This document shows, piece after piece, positions 29,828 to 39,702 of a DNA stretch of 64,000 bases. This stretch comes from a bacterium (GTDB taxonomy: Bacteria > Zhuqueibacterota > Zhuqueibacteria > Residuimicrobiales > Krinioviventaceae). The first letter of the stretch is position 1, and every line of letters starts with the position of its first letter. Location: NCBI GenBank assembly GCA_963674595.2, contig CAXXFV010000006.1, positions 128,001 to 192,000 on the forward strand, given 5' to 3'. The position numbers and the translations under genes were made by a program. The notes below the pieces were generated by a model that was given only the letters and a program-made list of their open reading frames with translations, searched no databases and was not told the origin of the DNA.

Positions 29828-30700
29828 ATGAAAATAGGAATTGTCGGAAATACTAACAAGCCTCCGGTTAAGAGTGTTATTAAAGAGTTTGTTAAATATT
29901 TGAAACAATCTCAGACCTCTGTTATTTATGACCGGGCTTTGGTTGAATTTTTGGATTTTGTAAAGCCTGATCAGACAATCGACATTAAACAATTAGGTTG
30001 TCATTGTGATATGGTCGTTACCTTTGGAGGCGATGGTACGATTTTATCAACAGCGCAGCATGTCGGAAAAGCAGATGTACCCATATTAGGCGTTAATATA
30101 GGAGGTTTAGGGTTTTTAGCTGAAGTATTGGTTGAAGAGCTTGAAGAAACTGTTGCGTTGCTGTTGCAGCAAAAATACTCGATTATTAATCGAATGGTTT
30201 TGCAAATTGAGTTGGAAAAGAAAGACAAACGTAATTTAACCTTTCACGCCTTTAATGACCTGGTTGTGGATAAAGGACCAAAACCAAGATTAATATATAT
30301 TAAAACATTTGTAAACAATACTTTTTTAAATACTTATAGAAGTGACGGCATTATTGTGGCTACGCCGACCGGTTCAACGGCCTATTCGTTATCTGCCGGC
30401 GGACCTCTGCTTATGCCTGATATGCAGGCTATTTTGGTCACACCGATATGCCCGCATTCGCTGACTGTCCGGCCGGTCATACTTTCGGAGGACAGTGAAA
30501 TTAAAGTGACTATTTTACCGGACCAGGATCCCGCACTGATTAATATTGACGGCCAGCGGACTGAAACGTTAGAGCCTGGAGAATCTGTTATCATTCGTAA
30601 AGCCGGCTATAAAATAAAATGGATATCAACGGGGAAACGTGACTTTTTTGAAATTTTGCGAACCAAATTACATTGGGGAGTAGGACAGCCAAATCAATAA
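29828..30700 (+). CDS. nadK: NAD(+) kinase
   Basis: GGDGT, GGLGFL, AFND, DGIIVATPTGSTAYSLSAGGP. Confidence 0.96.
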   Translation: MKIGIVGNTNKPPVKSVIKEFVKYLKQSQTSVIYDRALVEFLDFVKPDQTIDIKQLGCHCDMVVTFGGDGTILSTAQHVGKADVPILGVNIGGLGFLAEVLVEELEETVALLLQQKYSIINRMVLQIELEKKDKRNLTFHAFNDLVVDKGPKPRLIYIKTFVNNTFLNTYRSDGIIVATPTGSTAYSLSAGGPLLMPDMQAILVTPICPHSLTVRPVILSEDSEIKVTILPDQDPALINIDGQRTETLEPGESVIIRKAGYKIKWISTGKRDFFEILRTKLHWGVGQPNQ

Positions 30701-30736
30701 AGATTTTGCACAATTGTTAGGAGATAAGAGTTATTC

Positions 30737-33364
30737 GTGGCTGAAAAACAATCGACAACCCCTTTGATGGAACAATATCTATCTATTAAAAACAAACATA
30801 AAGATTCCATCCTTTTTTTTCGAATGGGTGATTTTTATGAAATGTTTTACGAAGATGCCAAGACCGGGTCCAAAGTGCTTGGTATAACATTAACTTCCCG
30901 TTCACATGGAAAATCGGCACATGTGCCGCTGGCAGGTTTTCCGCACCATGCTCTTGACGGATACCTGGCAAAAATGATCAAAGCGGGTTATCGCGTTGCA
31001 ATTTGCGAACAGATTGAAGACCCCAAGTTAACCAAAACAATTGTTAAACGTGAAGTTCAGGAAATTATAACTCCCGGAACAGCCGTTTCTGATGATTTAC
31101 TTGAAACAAAGAAAAATAATTACCTGGCCAGTTTGTTTTTTAATAAAAATATGTGCGGATTTTCCGTTATCGATGTTTCAACCGGAGAATATCAATTAAC
31201 CGAGATTGATATAAAATATGTTAAAGAAACTGTTTTAAATTTTAGTCCGGCTGAAGTTCTTGTCGGAGAAAATCAATATTCCCAGTTTTTGGATTTGTTT
31301 CCAACCCATGTGCCTTTTACCATCACAAAACGTGATGACTGGACCTTTAATTATGATTATGCCTACGAATCTTTGACCAAACATTTTTCTACTTTAACAT
31401 TAAAGGGATTCGGCGTAGAAGATTTTACCAATGGTATATCTGCTGCCGGGGCAATTCTGACCTATTTAAATGAAAACCAAAAACAAAAACTGGTCCACAT
31501 TAATCAACTTTCCCGGATGTCGGATTCGGATTATTTAATTATAGATTATACCACACGACGCAACCTGGAACTCATCCAGGCCATGAATACGGCCGGGCAC
31601 AAAGGGACGTTGTTATCAGTTTTGGATCAAACCCATACACCAATGGGCGCCAGGCTTTTGGTAAACTGGCTGCTTTCACCTTTAAAAGACCTTGAAAAAA
31701 TTAATAACCGGCTGGATAGTGTTGAAGAATTGTATAACAACGCAGACTTGCGCAAAGATTTAGAGGTTTTAAAAAAGGCCGGTGATTTGGAACGTTTGCT
31801 GGCAAAATTTGCCACCGGTCGGGCCAATGCCAGAGACGCCAAGGCGATTCAAAATACTTTGACGGTCATTGCAACGGTTAAGGAAACATTAACTAATGTT
31901 AAATCGAACCTGCTTGCTGAGTTGAATAGTCAGCTTGATGCCCTCACAAAGCTTAAAGACCGGATTGATTCCTGCATCGTTGACAATCCGCCTCTTTCCA
32001 TTACCGACGGCGGATTAATAAAACGCGGATTTAACAAAGAACTGGACGAAATTCGTGAGATAGCCTATTCCGGTAAGGACTGGATTGCCAAGCTGCAAAC
32101 CTCTGAACGGGAAAAGACCGGAATATCTTCGTTAAAGGTTAGTTTTAATAAAGTTTTCGGCTATTATATAGAAATTACCCGGCCTCACTTGTCCAAAGTA
32201 CCGCCACACTATGTTCGTAAACAAACCCTTGTTAACTCGGAACGTTTTATCGTTCAGGAACTTAAGGAATACGAAGAAAAAGTCCTGGGCGCTGAAGAGA
32301 AAATTTTCACTCTTGAATACGAGTTGTTTAACAAAATCAGACAGGACATTCTGGAAGACGCTTTAACCATACAAAAAAACGCCAGGGTATTGGCGAAAAT
32401 AGATTGTTTGAACAATTTGGCGCGAGTTGCCATTGAAAATGATTATATAAGACCGGATGTTCACAATGATGATTATATTGAGATACATGAAGGCCGCCAT
32501 CCGGTTGTTGAAAAACTCTTACCACCTGGAGAGCAGTTTGTTGTTAACGATACATTTATTGACAACAAGGCTGATCAGGTTTTAATCATAACCGGTCCGA
32601 ATATGGCCGGCAAGTCAACCTATCTGCGTCAAATCGGTCTTATTTGTATTATGGCGCAAATGGGTGGGTATATTCCGGCAAAAAAAGCGAAAATCGGTAT
32701 TATCGACCGTGTGTTTACCCGTGTGGGCGCTTCCGACAATCTGGCAGCCGGTGAAAGTACTTTTTTAACCGAAATGAACGAAACAGCCAACATATTAAAC
32801 AATGCAACTCTAAACAGTTTAATTATTTTAGACGAAATCGGCCGGGGAACAAGCACATTCGATGGTTTGTCCATTGCCTGGTCGGTAGTTGAATATATTC
32901 ATAACACACCTCATCTTGCAGCAAAAACTGTTTTTGCCACACATTATCACGAATTAACGGAACTTGAACTGATCTTGCCGCGTGTAAAAAACTATAATGT
33001 CGCTGTGAAAGAGTGGGGTGATCACATCGTATTTTTGAGAAAAATTGTTACAGGAGGTTGTGATCATAGTTATGGAATTCATGTGGCCCAACTGGCCGGA
33101 CTACCGAAACCGGTAATAAACAGGGCTTATGAAGTTTTGTCCAATCTTGAGTCTGAAGCGTTGAACCAGAAAAAAGAACCAAAACTGGCAGAACATAGAG
33201 ATACACAATCTGATAAAATTCAACAGATGAGTCTGTTTGAAGAATTGGAAAAATCACTGCGTGAGGAAATAAACAATATTGATCCGAATAAATTGACGCC
33301 AATTGAGGCATTAAATAAATTGGACCAGTTAAAACAACTTGTGAGTAATGAAAATAAAAATTAA
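30737..33364 (+). CDS. mutS: DNA mismatch repair protein MutS
   Basis: FRMGDFYE, TGPNMAGKSTYLRQ, DEIGRGTST, ATHYHEL. Confidence 0.98.
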   Translation: MAEKQSTTPLMEQYLSIKNKHKDSILFFRMGDFYEMFYEDAKTGSKVLGITLTSRSHGKSAHVPLAGFPHHALDGYLAKMIKAGYRVAICEQIEDPKLTKTIVKREVQEIITPGTAVSDDLLETKKNNYLASLFFNKNMCGFSVIDVSTGEYQLTEIDIKYVKETVLNFSPAEVLVGENQYSQFLDLFPTHVPFTITKRDDWTFNYDYAYESLTKHFSTLTLKGFGVEDFTNGISAAGAILTYLNENQKQKLVHINQLSRMSDSDYLIIDYTTRRNLELIQAMNTAGHKGTLLSVLDQTHTPMGARLLVNWLLSPLKDLEKINNRLDSVEELYNNADLRKDLEVLKKAGDLERLLAKFATGRANARDAKAIQNTLTVIATVKETLTNVKSNLLAELNSQLDALTKLKDRIDSCIVDNPPLSITDGGLIKRGFNKELDEIREIAYSGKDWIAKLQTSEREKTGISSLKVSFNKVFGYYIEITRPHLSKVPPHYVRKQTLVNSERFIVQELKEYEEKVLGAEEKIFTLEYELFNKIRQDILEDALTIQKNARVLAKIDCLNNLARVAIENDYIRPDVHNDDYIEIHEGRHPVVEKLLPPGEQFVVNDTFIDNKADQVLIITGPNMAGKSTYLRQIGLICIMAQMGGYIPAKKAKIGIIDRVFTRVGASDNLAAGESTFLTEMNETANILNNATLNSLIILDEIGRGTSTFDGLSIAWSVVEYIHNTPHLAAKTVFATHYHELTELELILPRVKNYNVAVKEWGDHIVFLRKIVTGGCDHSYGIHVAQLAGLPKPVINRAYEVLSNLESEALNQKKEPKLAEHRDTQSDKIQQMSLFEELEKSLREEINNIDPNKLTPIEALNKLDQLKQLVSNENKN

Positions 33365-33422
33365 ATTTAATTTGTTAATAACATTAAGCTTTTAATCGGT
33401 TTCATTTTTTAATGAGGATATC

Positions 33423-34448
33423 TTGCTGCGAAAAATAAAATATATGCTGGGGTTTATACTGCTTTTTACAATGGCCGGAAATGCCGCTGAAATTATGAAA
33501 TATGCTGGTGAAGTTCTAAGTATAGGTGTCGGGGCGCGTGCCCTGGGTATGGGCGGAGCCTATGTTGCTGTTAAAGGGGACGTTACTTCCGGTTACTGGA
33601 ACCCTGCCGGCTTGTCTGAAATTTCTTATCCGGAAATATCAGCCATGCACTCCCGACGGTTTGAAGGTCTGGTAAACTATGATTATGGCGCTATTGCCGC
33701 CCCGTTTCGTGATAACCAAAGTTTATCGTTAAGCTTTATTCGTACGGCTGTTGATGACATTCCTTTTACCACATTGCCCAGAAAAGACTTGCCTCAGGAC
33801 GCTTCATATTATGATACCAGTGGTCGTCTGGTACATAATATACCATATATTGAGCGTATAGAAAATTATGCTGATTATGCTTTTTTCTTTAGTTATGCCA
33901 AAAAGAAATCCAGTCGTTTTTCTTATGGCGCCAATGTAAAATTTATCCGTAAAGGGGTAGGGGACAATTCTGCCTGGGGTTTTGGGTTTGATTTGGGTGC
34001 CATCTGGAACGCATATAATGATCTGAACATTGGTGTCAATTTCCAGGATGTCACAACAACGGTTATTGCCTGGGATACAGGGACGAAAGAACTTGTTTCT
34101 CCGACACTCAAGCTCGGTATGGCTTATCCGTTATGGATCAAATGGATTCAAAGTCAATTGCTGATTGCGGCTGATACGGATATGCATTTTGAGGGAAGAG
34201 ACTTTGCCGCTGATTTTAGCGCCGGTCCTGTTAGTAACGATTTTCGTTTGGGCACGGAACTGTTACTGCGCCAGGTTGTCGCTCTTCGATTGGGAAGAAG
34301 TGATATAGGCTCTTTTTCGGCTGGTGCCGGTATTCGTCTTCCCAAACTTGATATTGATTATGCGTTCATGGATCATGACGATCTCGGCAGCACCCATCGT
34401 ATCTCTCTAAGGTTGCGATTCGAAGAAGACCGGTTCGCACGTAAATAA
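33423..34448 (+). CDS. PorV/PorQ-family outer membrane beta-barrel protein
   Basis: Signal peptide; GVGARALGMGGA...YWNPAGL N-terminal motif; DYAF...LGSTHRISL C-terminus. Confidence 0.75.
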   Translation: MLRKIKYMLGFILLFTMAGNAAEIMKYAGEVLSIGVGARALGMGGAYVAVKGDVTSGYWNPAGLSEISYPEISAMHSRRFEGLVNYDYGAIAAPFRDNQSLSLSFIRTAVDDIPFTTLPRKDLPQDASYYDTSGRLVHNIPYIERIENYADYAFFFSYAKKKSSRFSYGANVKFIRKGVGDNSAWGFGFDLGAIWNAYNDLNIGVNFQDVTTTVIAWDTGTKELVSPTLKLGMAYPLWIKWIQSQLLIAADTDMHFEGRDFAADFSAGPVSNDFRLGTELLLRQVVALRLGRSDIGSFSAGAGIRLPKLDIDYAFMDHDDLGSTHRISLRLRFEEDRFARK

Positions 34449-34518
34449 TAATTATTACAAAACAGTGTTGACGGAATTTTTTTATAATTGCAATGTGTTC
34501 TAAGTGGAAAAATTTCAG

Positions 34519-34547
34519 TTGACTATATTCAAAAAAATTATTAAAAT
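34519..34547 (+). promoter_or_regulatory. sigma70-type promoter for the yicC operon
   Basis: TTGACT-17 bp-TAAAAT. Confidence 0.6.
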
Positions 34548-34593
34548 ATACGTCTTTGGCAGATAGAAATTTAAAATTAGCTTCAGGACAATT

Positions 34594-35472
34594 ATGATCA
34601 CGAGTATGACCGGATACGGTAGGGGTTCACATAAAGCAAATGATTTGGAAATTGCTGTTGAAATTCGTTCCGTTAACAATCGTTTTTTAGATGTTGTTGC
34701 AAAAATTCCCAGGTTCCTTTCAAATTTTGAACAAAAATTTCGTAACGTTATCGGGCAATATGTTAAACGCGGACGTATTAATGTGTGGGTTTCCTTATCC
34801 AATGGCAATGGAAAATTTCAAAAATTTTCCTATAACAAAGCCCTGGCTGAAGGATATATGAGCATTCAAAATGAATTGCAAAAAGAATTTGGCCTAAACG
34901 GGGAATTGGACATTAATCAACTTTTATCGTTACCCGATTTAGTGGAAGTTGATAATTCTGAAACAGCGGACGAAGCAGCATGGGAATGTGCAAAAAAAGC
35001 TTTGGAAAACGCTCTTGTAAATTTGAATGAAATGCGTTTGCAGGAAGGGCATGAGCTTTTAAAAGACCTGGAGATGCGAATTAACAATATTGAAAATTTG
35101 GTATCTGAAATTGAAACGGTATCAAAAGATGCACCGGTAGAAGAGTTGGACAAGTTACGTTCCCGTGTTCAGAAACTTGTTGCCAATCATAAAATTGATG
35201 AAGGTCGATTGGAACTTGAATTGGCGCTTATATCAGACCGTATAGATATTACCGAAGAGTGTGTTCGCTTTCATAGCCATAACAAGCTGTTTAAAGAAAC
35301 GCTCCTGTCTGATGATTCTGAGGGCAGAAGGCTTAATTTTATTTTGCAGGAAATGAATCGGGAAGCCAATACCATCGGTGCAAAAACAGCATCATCTACT
35401 GTGTCCCATTTTGTCGTTCAGATAAAGGAAGAAGTTGAGCGCATCCGGGAACAGGTACAAAATATTGAGTAA
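34594..35472 (+). CDS. yicC: YicC/YloC family endoribonuclease
   Basis: SMTGYG, EIRSVNNRFLD, DITEE, QEMNREANTIG, REQVQNIE. Confidence 0.95.
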   Translation: MITSMTGYGRGSHKANDLEIAVEIRSVNNRFLDVVAKIPRFLSNFEQKFRNVIGQYVKRGRINVWVSLSNGNGKFQKFSYNKALAEGYMSIQNELQKEFGLNGELDINQLLSLPDLVEVDNSETADEAAWECAKKALENALVNLNEMRLQEGHELLKDLEMRINNIENLVSEIETVSKDAPVEELDKLRSRVQKLVANHKIDEGRLELELALISDRIDITEECVRFHSHNKLFKETLLSDDSEGRRLNFILQEMNREANTIGAKTASSTVSHFVVQIKEEVERIREQVQNIE

Positions 35473-36069
35473 GTGAAAGGATTTAGTTCAAGTTTGAATA
35501 TAAATAAGAGAGGATTAATTGTAGCAGTTTCTTCACCATCAGGCGGGGGGAAAACGACAATTATCAAGAAAATTCTGAAAAAAGATGGACCGTTTATATA
35601 TTCTGTATCTCTGACAACAAGAGAAAAAAGACTTGGTGATGTTGAAGGAAGAGATTATTGGTTTGTTGATCAAGACACCTTTGTAGGAAAAATTAAATCC
35701 GGAGAATTTTTAGAATATGAAAAAGTACATGGCAATTATTATGGAACTCCGGTTAAACCCATTAAACAATGGTTAACAAAAGGCCTGATCATACTGTTGG
35801 ACATTGATGTTCATGGTGCGTTTTCTGTGCGAAACCAGTTTCCAAACGACTCTTTGTTGGTATTTCTCAAGCCGCCATCTATTAAAGAATTGGAAAAAAG
35901 ACTAACCGGACGCGATACGGAAAGCCAAGAACAGGTGCAAACCCGGCTTGAACGTGTTCCGGAAGAAATGGAACTTGCAAAAGATTTTGATCACATTGTA
36001 GTAAATGACAGTATTGACACAACTGTTGATAACATTCTACAAATAATAAAGTCCAGGCAAAATATTTAA
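35473..36069 (+). CDS. gmk: Guanylate kinase
   Basis: SPSGGGKTT, SVSLTTR, GRDYWF, HGNYYGT. Confidence 0.95.
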   Translation: MKGFSSSLNINKRGLIVAVSSPSGGGKTTIIKKILKKDGPFIYSVSLTTREKRLGDVEGRDYWFVDQDTFVGKIKSGEFLEYEKVHGNYYGTPVKPIKQWLTKGLIILLDIDVHGAFSVRNQFPNDSLLVFLKPPSIKELEKRLTGRDTESQEQVQTRLERVPEEMELAKDFDHIVVNDSIDTTVDNILQIIKSRQNI

Positions 36070-36096
36070 TTTTTATTATAAATTGGAGGTTACAAT

Positions 36097-36381
36097 ATGA
36101 TAAAAACCTTACCTTTAGACGAATTGTTAAAAAATGCAGATAATATTTATGAAGCCATTGTAATTATGGCTAAAAGAGCAAGACAGATCAACGAACTGCA
36201 AAAGAAAATTATAGATAAAGAAACAGAAGCATTAGCACAAACAAATGACATGGATGATGATGTCATTAATACCGATTTAGTTGAAGGTCAGTTTTTAAAA
36301 CTTCCAAAGCCGACTACAACGGCCCTGGAAGAAATGCTGGAAGGTAAGCTCACTCGTGAATACCTGGAAAAATCGGAATAA
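36097..36381 (+). CDS. rpoZ: RNA polymerase omega subunit
   Basis: NIYEAIVIMAKRARQIN and KPTTTALEE motifs; lies between gmk and coaBC. Confidence 0.9.
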   Translation: MIKTLPLDELLKNADNIYEAIVIMAKRARQINELQKKIIDKETEALAQTNDMDDDVINTDLVEGQFLKLPKPTTTALEEMLEGKLTREYLEKSE

Positions 36382-36397
36382 AATGTGTTTGGTATAA

Positions 36398-37594
36398 ATG
36401 TTTTCCAATAAAAATATACTAGTTGGTATTACCGGGGGGATTGCCGTCTATAAAATTGCCGGATTGGTTAGAGAGTTTAAAAAAATGAACGCCAACGTGC
36501 GTGTTATGATGACCAATGCTGCGACAAAATTTGTTGCACCGTTGACTTTTGAAACTCTTTCTGAAAATCCGGTTTTGCTTGATATTTTCCCTGAGCAGGG
36601 GGGAAGTGGGACAGCACATATTGATTGGGCACGATGGGCTGATGTTATTGTAATAGCACCGGCAACGGCCAATTCTATCGGCAAAATAGCCAATGGCATT
36701 GCCGATAATGCGCTGACGACAACCTTGTTGGCGACTACTGCGCCTGTTGTTCTGTGTCCGGCAATGAATAAGCAAATGTATCAAAATGATATTTTTCAGT
36801 CAAATTTGACAAAATTGAAAAATTTAAATTTCCATATTGTGGACCCCGGCGTCGGCACATTGGCTTGCGGTGAAGAAGGATGGGGTCGTCTGGCTGAAAT
36901 AGATATCATTGTTGATGGTGTTAAAAATATACTGGTTGAAAACAGAGATTTTACCGGAAAGAGGGTGCTGGTAACCGCCGGTCCCACTGAAGAACCTCTT
37001 GACCCTGTGCGTTACATCTCTAATCGTTCTTCAGGAAAAATGGGTTACGCTATTGCTGAAAGGGCCTCTGTTAGAGGCGCTGATGTGACTCTTGTTTCCG
37101 GGCCGGGTGTTTTGCAATGTTCTGATGCTGTGAAATGTATTAAAATCAGAACGGCTGTTGAAATGTATAATGCCATTATTGAGCAGTATAATGATATTGA
37201 CATTTTAATCATGGCGGCGGCTGTCAGTGATTTTCGCCCGAAAACAGTATCCTCTGAAAAAATTAAAAAAGCAGCAACGCAGCCCAAAATAGATTTGGTT
37301 GAAAATCCTGATATTTTAAAACAATTTGCTGAAAAAAAAGATCACAGAGTGCATGTTGGCTTTGCTGTTGAAACGACAAATGAAATTGAACATGCCGTTA
37401 AAAAAATTAAAAGTAAGAATCTGGACTTTATTATAGTCAATAATCCTCTTAATAAAGGTGCCGGTTTTCAAACCGATACAAATCAAGTTACTATTATAGA
37501 CCCTAAAGGGAATATAAAAGAGTATCCACTTATGTCCAAACATGCTTTGGCGGATATTATTCTTGATTTAATTATCGAAACAAAACGAATTTAA
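36398..37594 (+). CDS. coaBC: Phosphopantothenoylcysteine decarboxylase / phosphopantothenate-cysteine ligase
   Basis: GITGGIAVYK, APATAN, PAMN, LACG, TAGPTEEPLDPVRYISNRSSGKMG. Confidence 0.97.
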   Translation: MFSNKNILVGITGGIAVYKIAGLVREFKKMNANVRVMMTNAATKFVAPLTFETLSENPVLLDIFPEQGGSGTAHIDWARWADVIVIAPATANSIGKIANGIADNALTTTLLATTAPVVLCPAMNKQMYQNDIFQSNLTKLKNLNFHIVDPGVGTLACGEEGWGRLAEIDIIVDGVKNILVENRDFTGKRVLVTAGPTEEPLDPVRYISNRSSGKMGYAIAERASVRGADVTLVSGPGVLQCSDAVKCIKIRTAVEMYNAIIEQYNDIDILIMAAAVSDFRPKTVSSEKIKKAATQPKIDLVENPDILKQFAEKKDHRVHVGFAVETTNEIEHAVKKIKSKNLDFIIVNNPLNKGAGFQTDTNQVTIIDPKGNIKEYPLMSKHALADIILDLIIETKRI

Positions 37595-37595
37595 A

Positions 37596-38291
37596 ATGAC
37601 AGAGAGCCCATTTGAAAATATACAAGATTTTATTAAACAGGAAATTGAAATTTATGGAGATCAGCTTGCTGTCAACATGTCGTTTGTTCCAGAAAAAGAA
37701 CCAATAAATCACAACGTCCTTCCAGAATCAGACAATCCTGCAACTTTAGCCTCACTTGAAGAAAATATTTCCCAATGTTTAAATTGTTCAATTTCAAATA
37801 ACCGAACATCCGTAGTTTTGGGTGAAGGAAAGACAGATTCATCTATTGCCGTTATCAATAGTCTCTATCTTTCTCAAGATCAGGATAATAAGACCATACT
37901 TGGTGGAAAAGAAGGCGAGTTATTTGATCAAATTTTAAAGGCTATTAAATTAAAACGAAATGATGTATATCTTTTATCATTATTAAAATGTCCTTTATCA
38001 CCTGATTTAAATAATATTGCGGAATATTTTAAAAATTGTAAAGGTTTTTTCAAGAAACAATTGCATTTGATTAAACCAAAATTTATATTAGGGTTAGGGG
38101 AGAATGCAACGTTGTTACTGGATACTGACAAACCGTTTTCTGAAGTTCGTGGAAAGTGGTTTGAATATGAAGGATATCAGACCATGTTTACTCACCATCC
38201 ATCTGTTCTTTTGAACAATGTTGATAAAAAACGTGAAACATGGCATGATGTAAAAATATTTAAAAGCGCGATTGATAATTATTCCAAATAG
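37596..38291 (+). CDS. Uracil-DNA glycosylase family 4-like protein with a degenerate active site
   Basis: CLNC...KC...C Fe-S ligands, VLGEG, IKPKFILGLG, RGKWF and HHPS retained; GEAPG, PFVG and TN..KCRP motifs replaced. Confidence 0.8.
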   Translation: MTESPFENIQDFIKQEIEIYGDQLAVNMSFVPEKEPINHNVLPESDNPATLASLEENISQCLNCSISNNRTSVVLGEGKTDSSIAVINSLYLSQDQDNKTILGGKEGELFDQILKAIKLKRNDVYLLSLLKCPLSPDLNNIAEYFKNCKGFFKKQLHLIKPKFILGLGENATLLLDTDKPFSEVRGKWFEYEGYQTMFTHHPSVLLNNVDKKRETWHDVKIFKSAIDNYSK

Positions 38292-38311
38292 GAAATAAAA
38301 TATTCGATAAT

Positions 38312-39685
38312 ATGGAAAACAGTGAACAAATAACAAGAATGCCGCCCCATTCAATCGAAGCAGAAATGGCCGTACTGGGTTCTATTATGCTTGAACCTCA
38401 TGCTGCAAGTATTGTGATGGAAGCTCTTGATGATGATAGTTTTTATAAAGAAGCTCACAGAAAGATATTTTTATCCGCCAGAAATCTGTATGAGAAAAGT
38501 GAACCCATTGATGTTTTGACGCTGTCAAATGAATTGGAGAAACATAAAGAACTGGAAGCTGTTGGCGGAAGTTTTTATTTAACAGAACTTGTTGAACGAA
38601 TACCTTCGGCTGCCAATGTTGAATATTATTGTAACATCGTTAATGACAAGTCCATGCTTCGAAGATTAATTTATATAGCTTCTGAAGTTCAACAGGAATG
38701 TTATGAAACATCTGAAGACGCAACCGAGCTGGTTGATAAAGCAGAACAAAAAATATTTGCATTATCTGAAAAAAGAGTAAAAAAAGATTTTCAACATATC
38801 GGCCCCATAGCCATGGAAACTATGGAGAAAATAGAAGGTTTTCATGGTAATGCCGGTGGAATTACCGGTGTGCCTACAGGATTTAAGGACCTTGATAATT
38901 TATTGTCCGGTTTGCAAAAATCGGAACTTGTAATCCTTGCCGCCCGCCCTTCAATGGGAAAAACAGCTTTTTCCTTAAATTTGGCGAGAAATGCGGCGCT
39001 TTCGGGTGTTCCTGTCGGCTATTTTAGCCTGGAAATGGCTTCCTATCAGCTTGTTATGAGGCTGTTATGTGCTGAAGCCAGAGTGGATTCACACAAAGTA
39101 AGAACCGGCCGTCTCCCGGAAGATGAATGGATGAAATTAAGTATGTCTGTCGGACGGTTGGCTGAAGCCCCAATTTATATTGATGATACACCTGGCCTGA
39201 ATATTATTGAGTTACGCTCAAAAGCCAGACGGCTCAAGGCTGAAAAAGATATCGGCCTTATTGTTATCGATTATTTACAATTGTTACATGGTGTCGGTCG
39301 TATTGAAAGCCGCCAAATAGAAATATCAATGATTTCACAGTCATTAAAAAATTTGGCCAAAGAGCTGGACGTCCCTGTTGTTTCGTTATCACAGTTATCC
39401 CGAGCTGTTGAAACAAGAGGCGGCGATAAACGACCCTTGTTATCTGATTTACGTGAGTCCGGAGCAATTGAACAGGATGCGGATGTTGTCATGTTCTTAT
39501 ATCGTCCTGCTGCTTACCCTCCGGTCGAACCTGAATTGGAAAATGTTGCTGAAGTCATTGTTGCCAAACAGCGAAACGGTCCTACAGATACAGTTGAATT
39601 GGTATTCTTGCGTGATTATGTTCAGTTTGCCAATAAAGAAGCTTTTGCAGAAGAAATACCAACAATTTCAGCAGATTTATTCTAG
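38312..39685 (+). CDS. dnaB: Replicative DNA helicase
   Basis: PPHSIEAE, AARPSMGKT, FSLEM, IDYLQL, LSQLSR, DLRESGAIEQDAD; no intein. Confidence 0.98.
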   Translation: MENSEQITRMPPHSIEAEMAVLGSIMLEPHAASIVMEALDDDSFYKEAHRKIFLSARNLYEKSEPIDVLTLSNELEKHKELEAVGGSFYLTELVERIPSAANVEYYCNIVNDKSMLRRLIYIASEVQQECYETSEDATELVDKAEQKIFALSEKRVKKDFQHIGPIAMETMEKIEGFHGNAGGITGVPTGFKDLDNLLSGLQKSELVILAARPSMGKTAFSLNLARNAALSGVPVGYFSLEMASYQLVMRLLCAEARVDSHKVRTGRLPEDEWMKLSMSVGRLAEAPIYIDDTPGLNIIELRSKARRLKAEKDIGLIVIDYLQLLHGVGRIESRQIEISMISQSLKNLAKELDVPVVSLSQLSRAVETRGGDKRPLLSDLRESGAIEQDADVVMFLYRPAAYPPVEPELENVAEVIVAKQRNGPTDTVELVFLRDYVQFANKEAFAEEIPTISADLF

Positions 39686-39702
39686 TATTTTTTGTGGGTG
39701 AT

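Noticed and set aside
20092-39685. Inteins in dnaE or dnaB
   Set aside because: Lengths (1144 and 457 aa) are normal and no splice motifs interrupt the conserved blocks.
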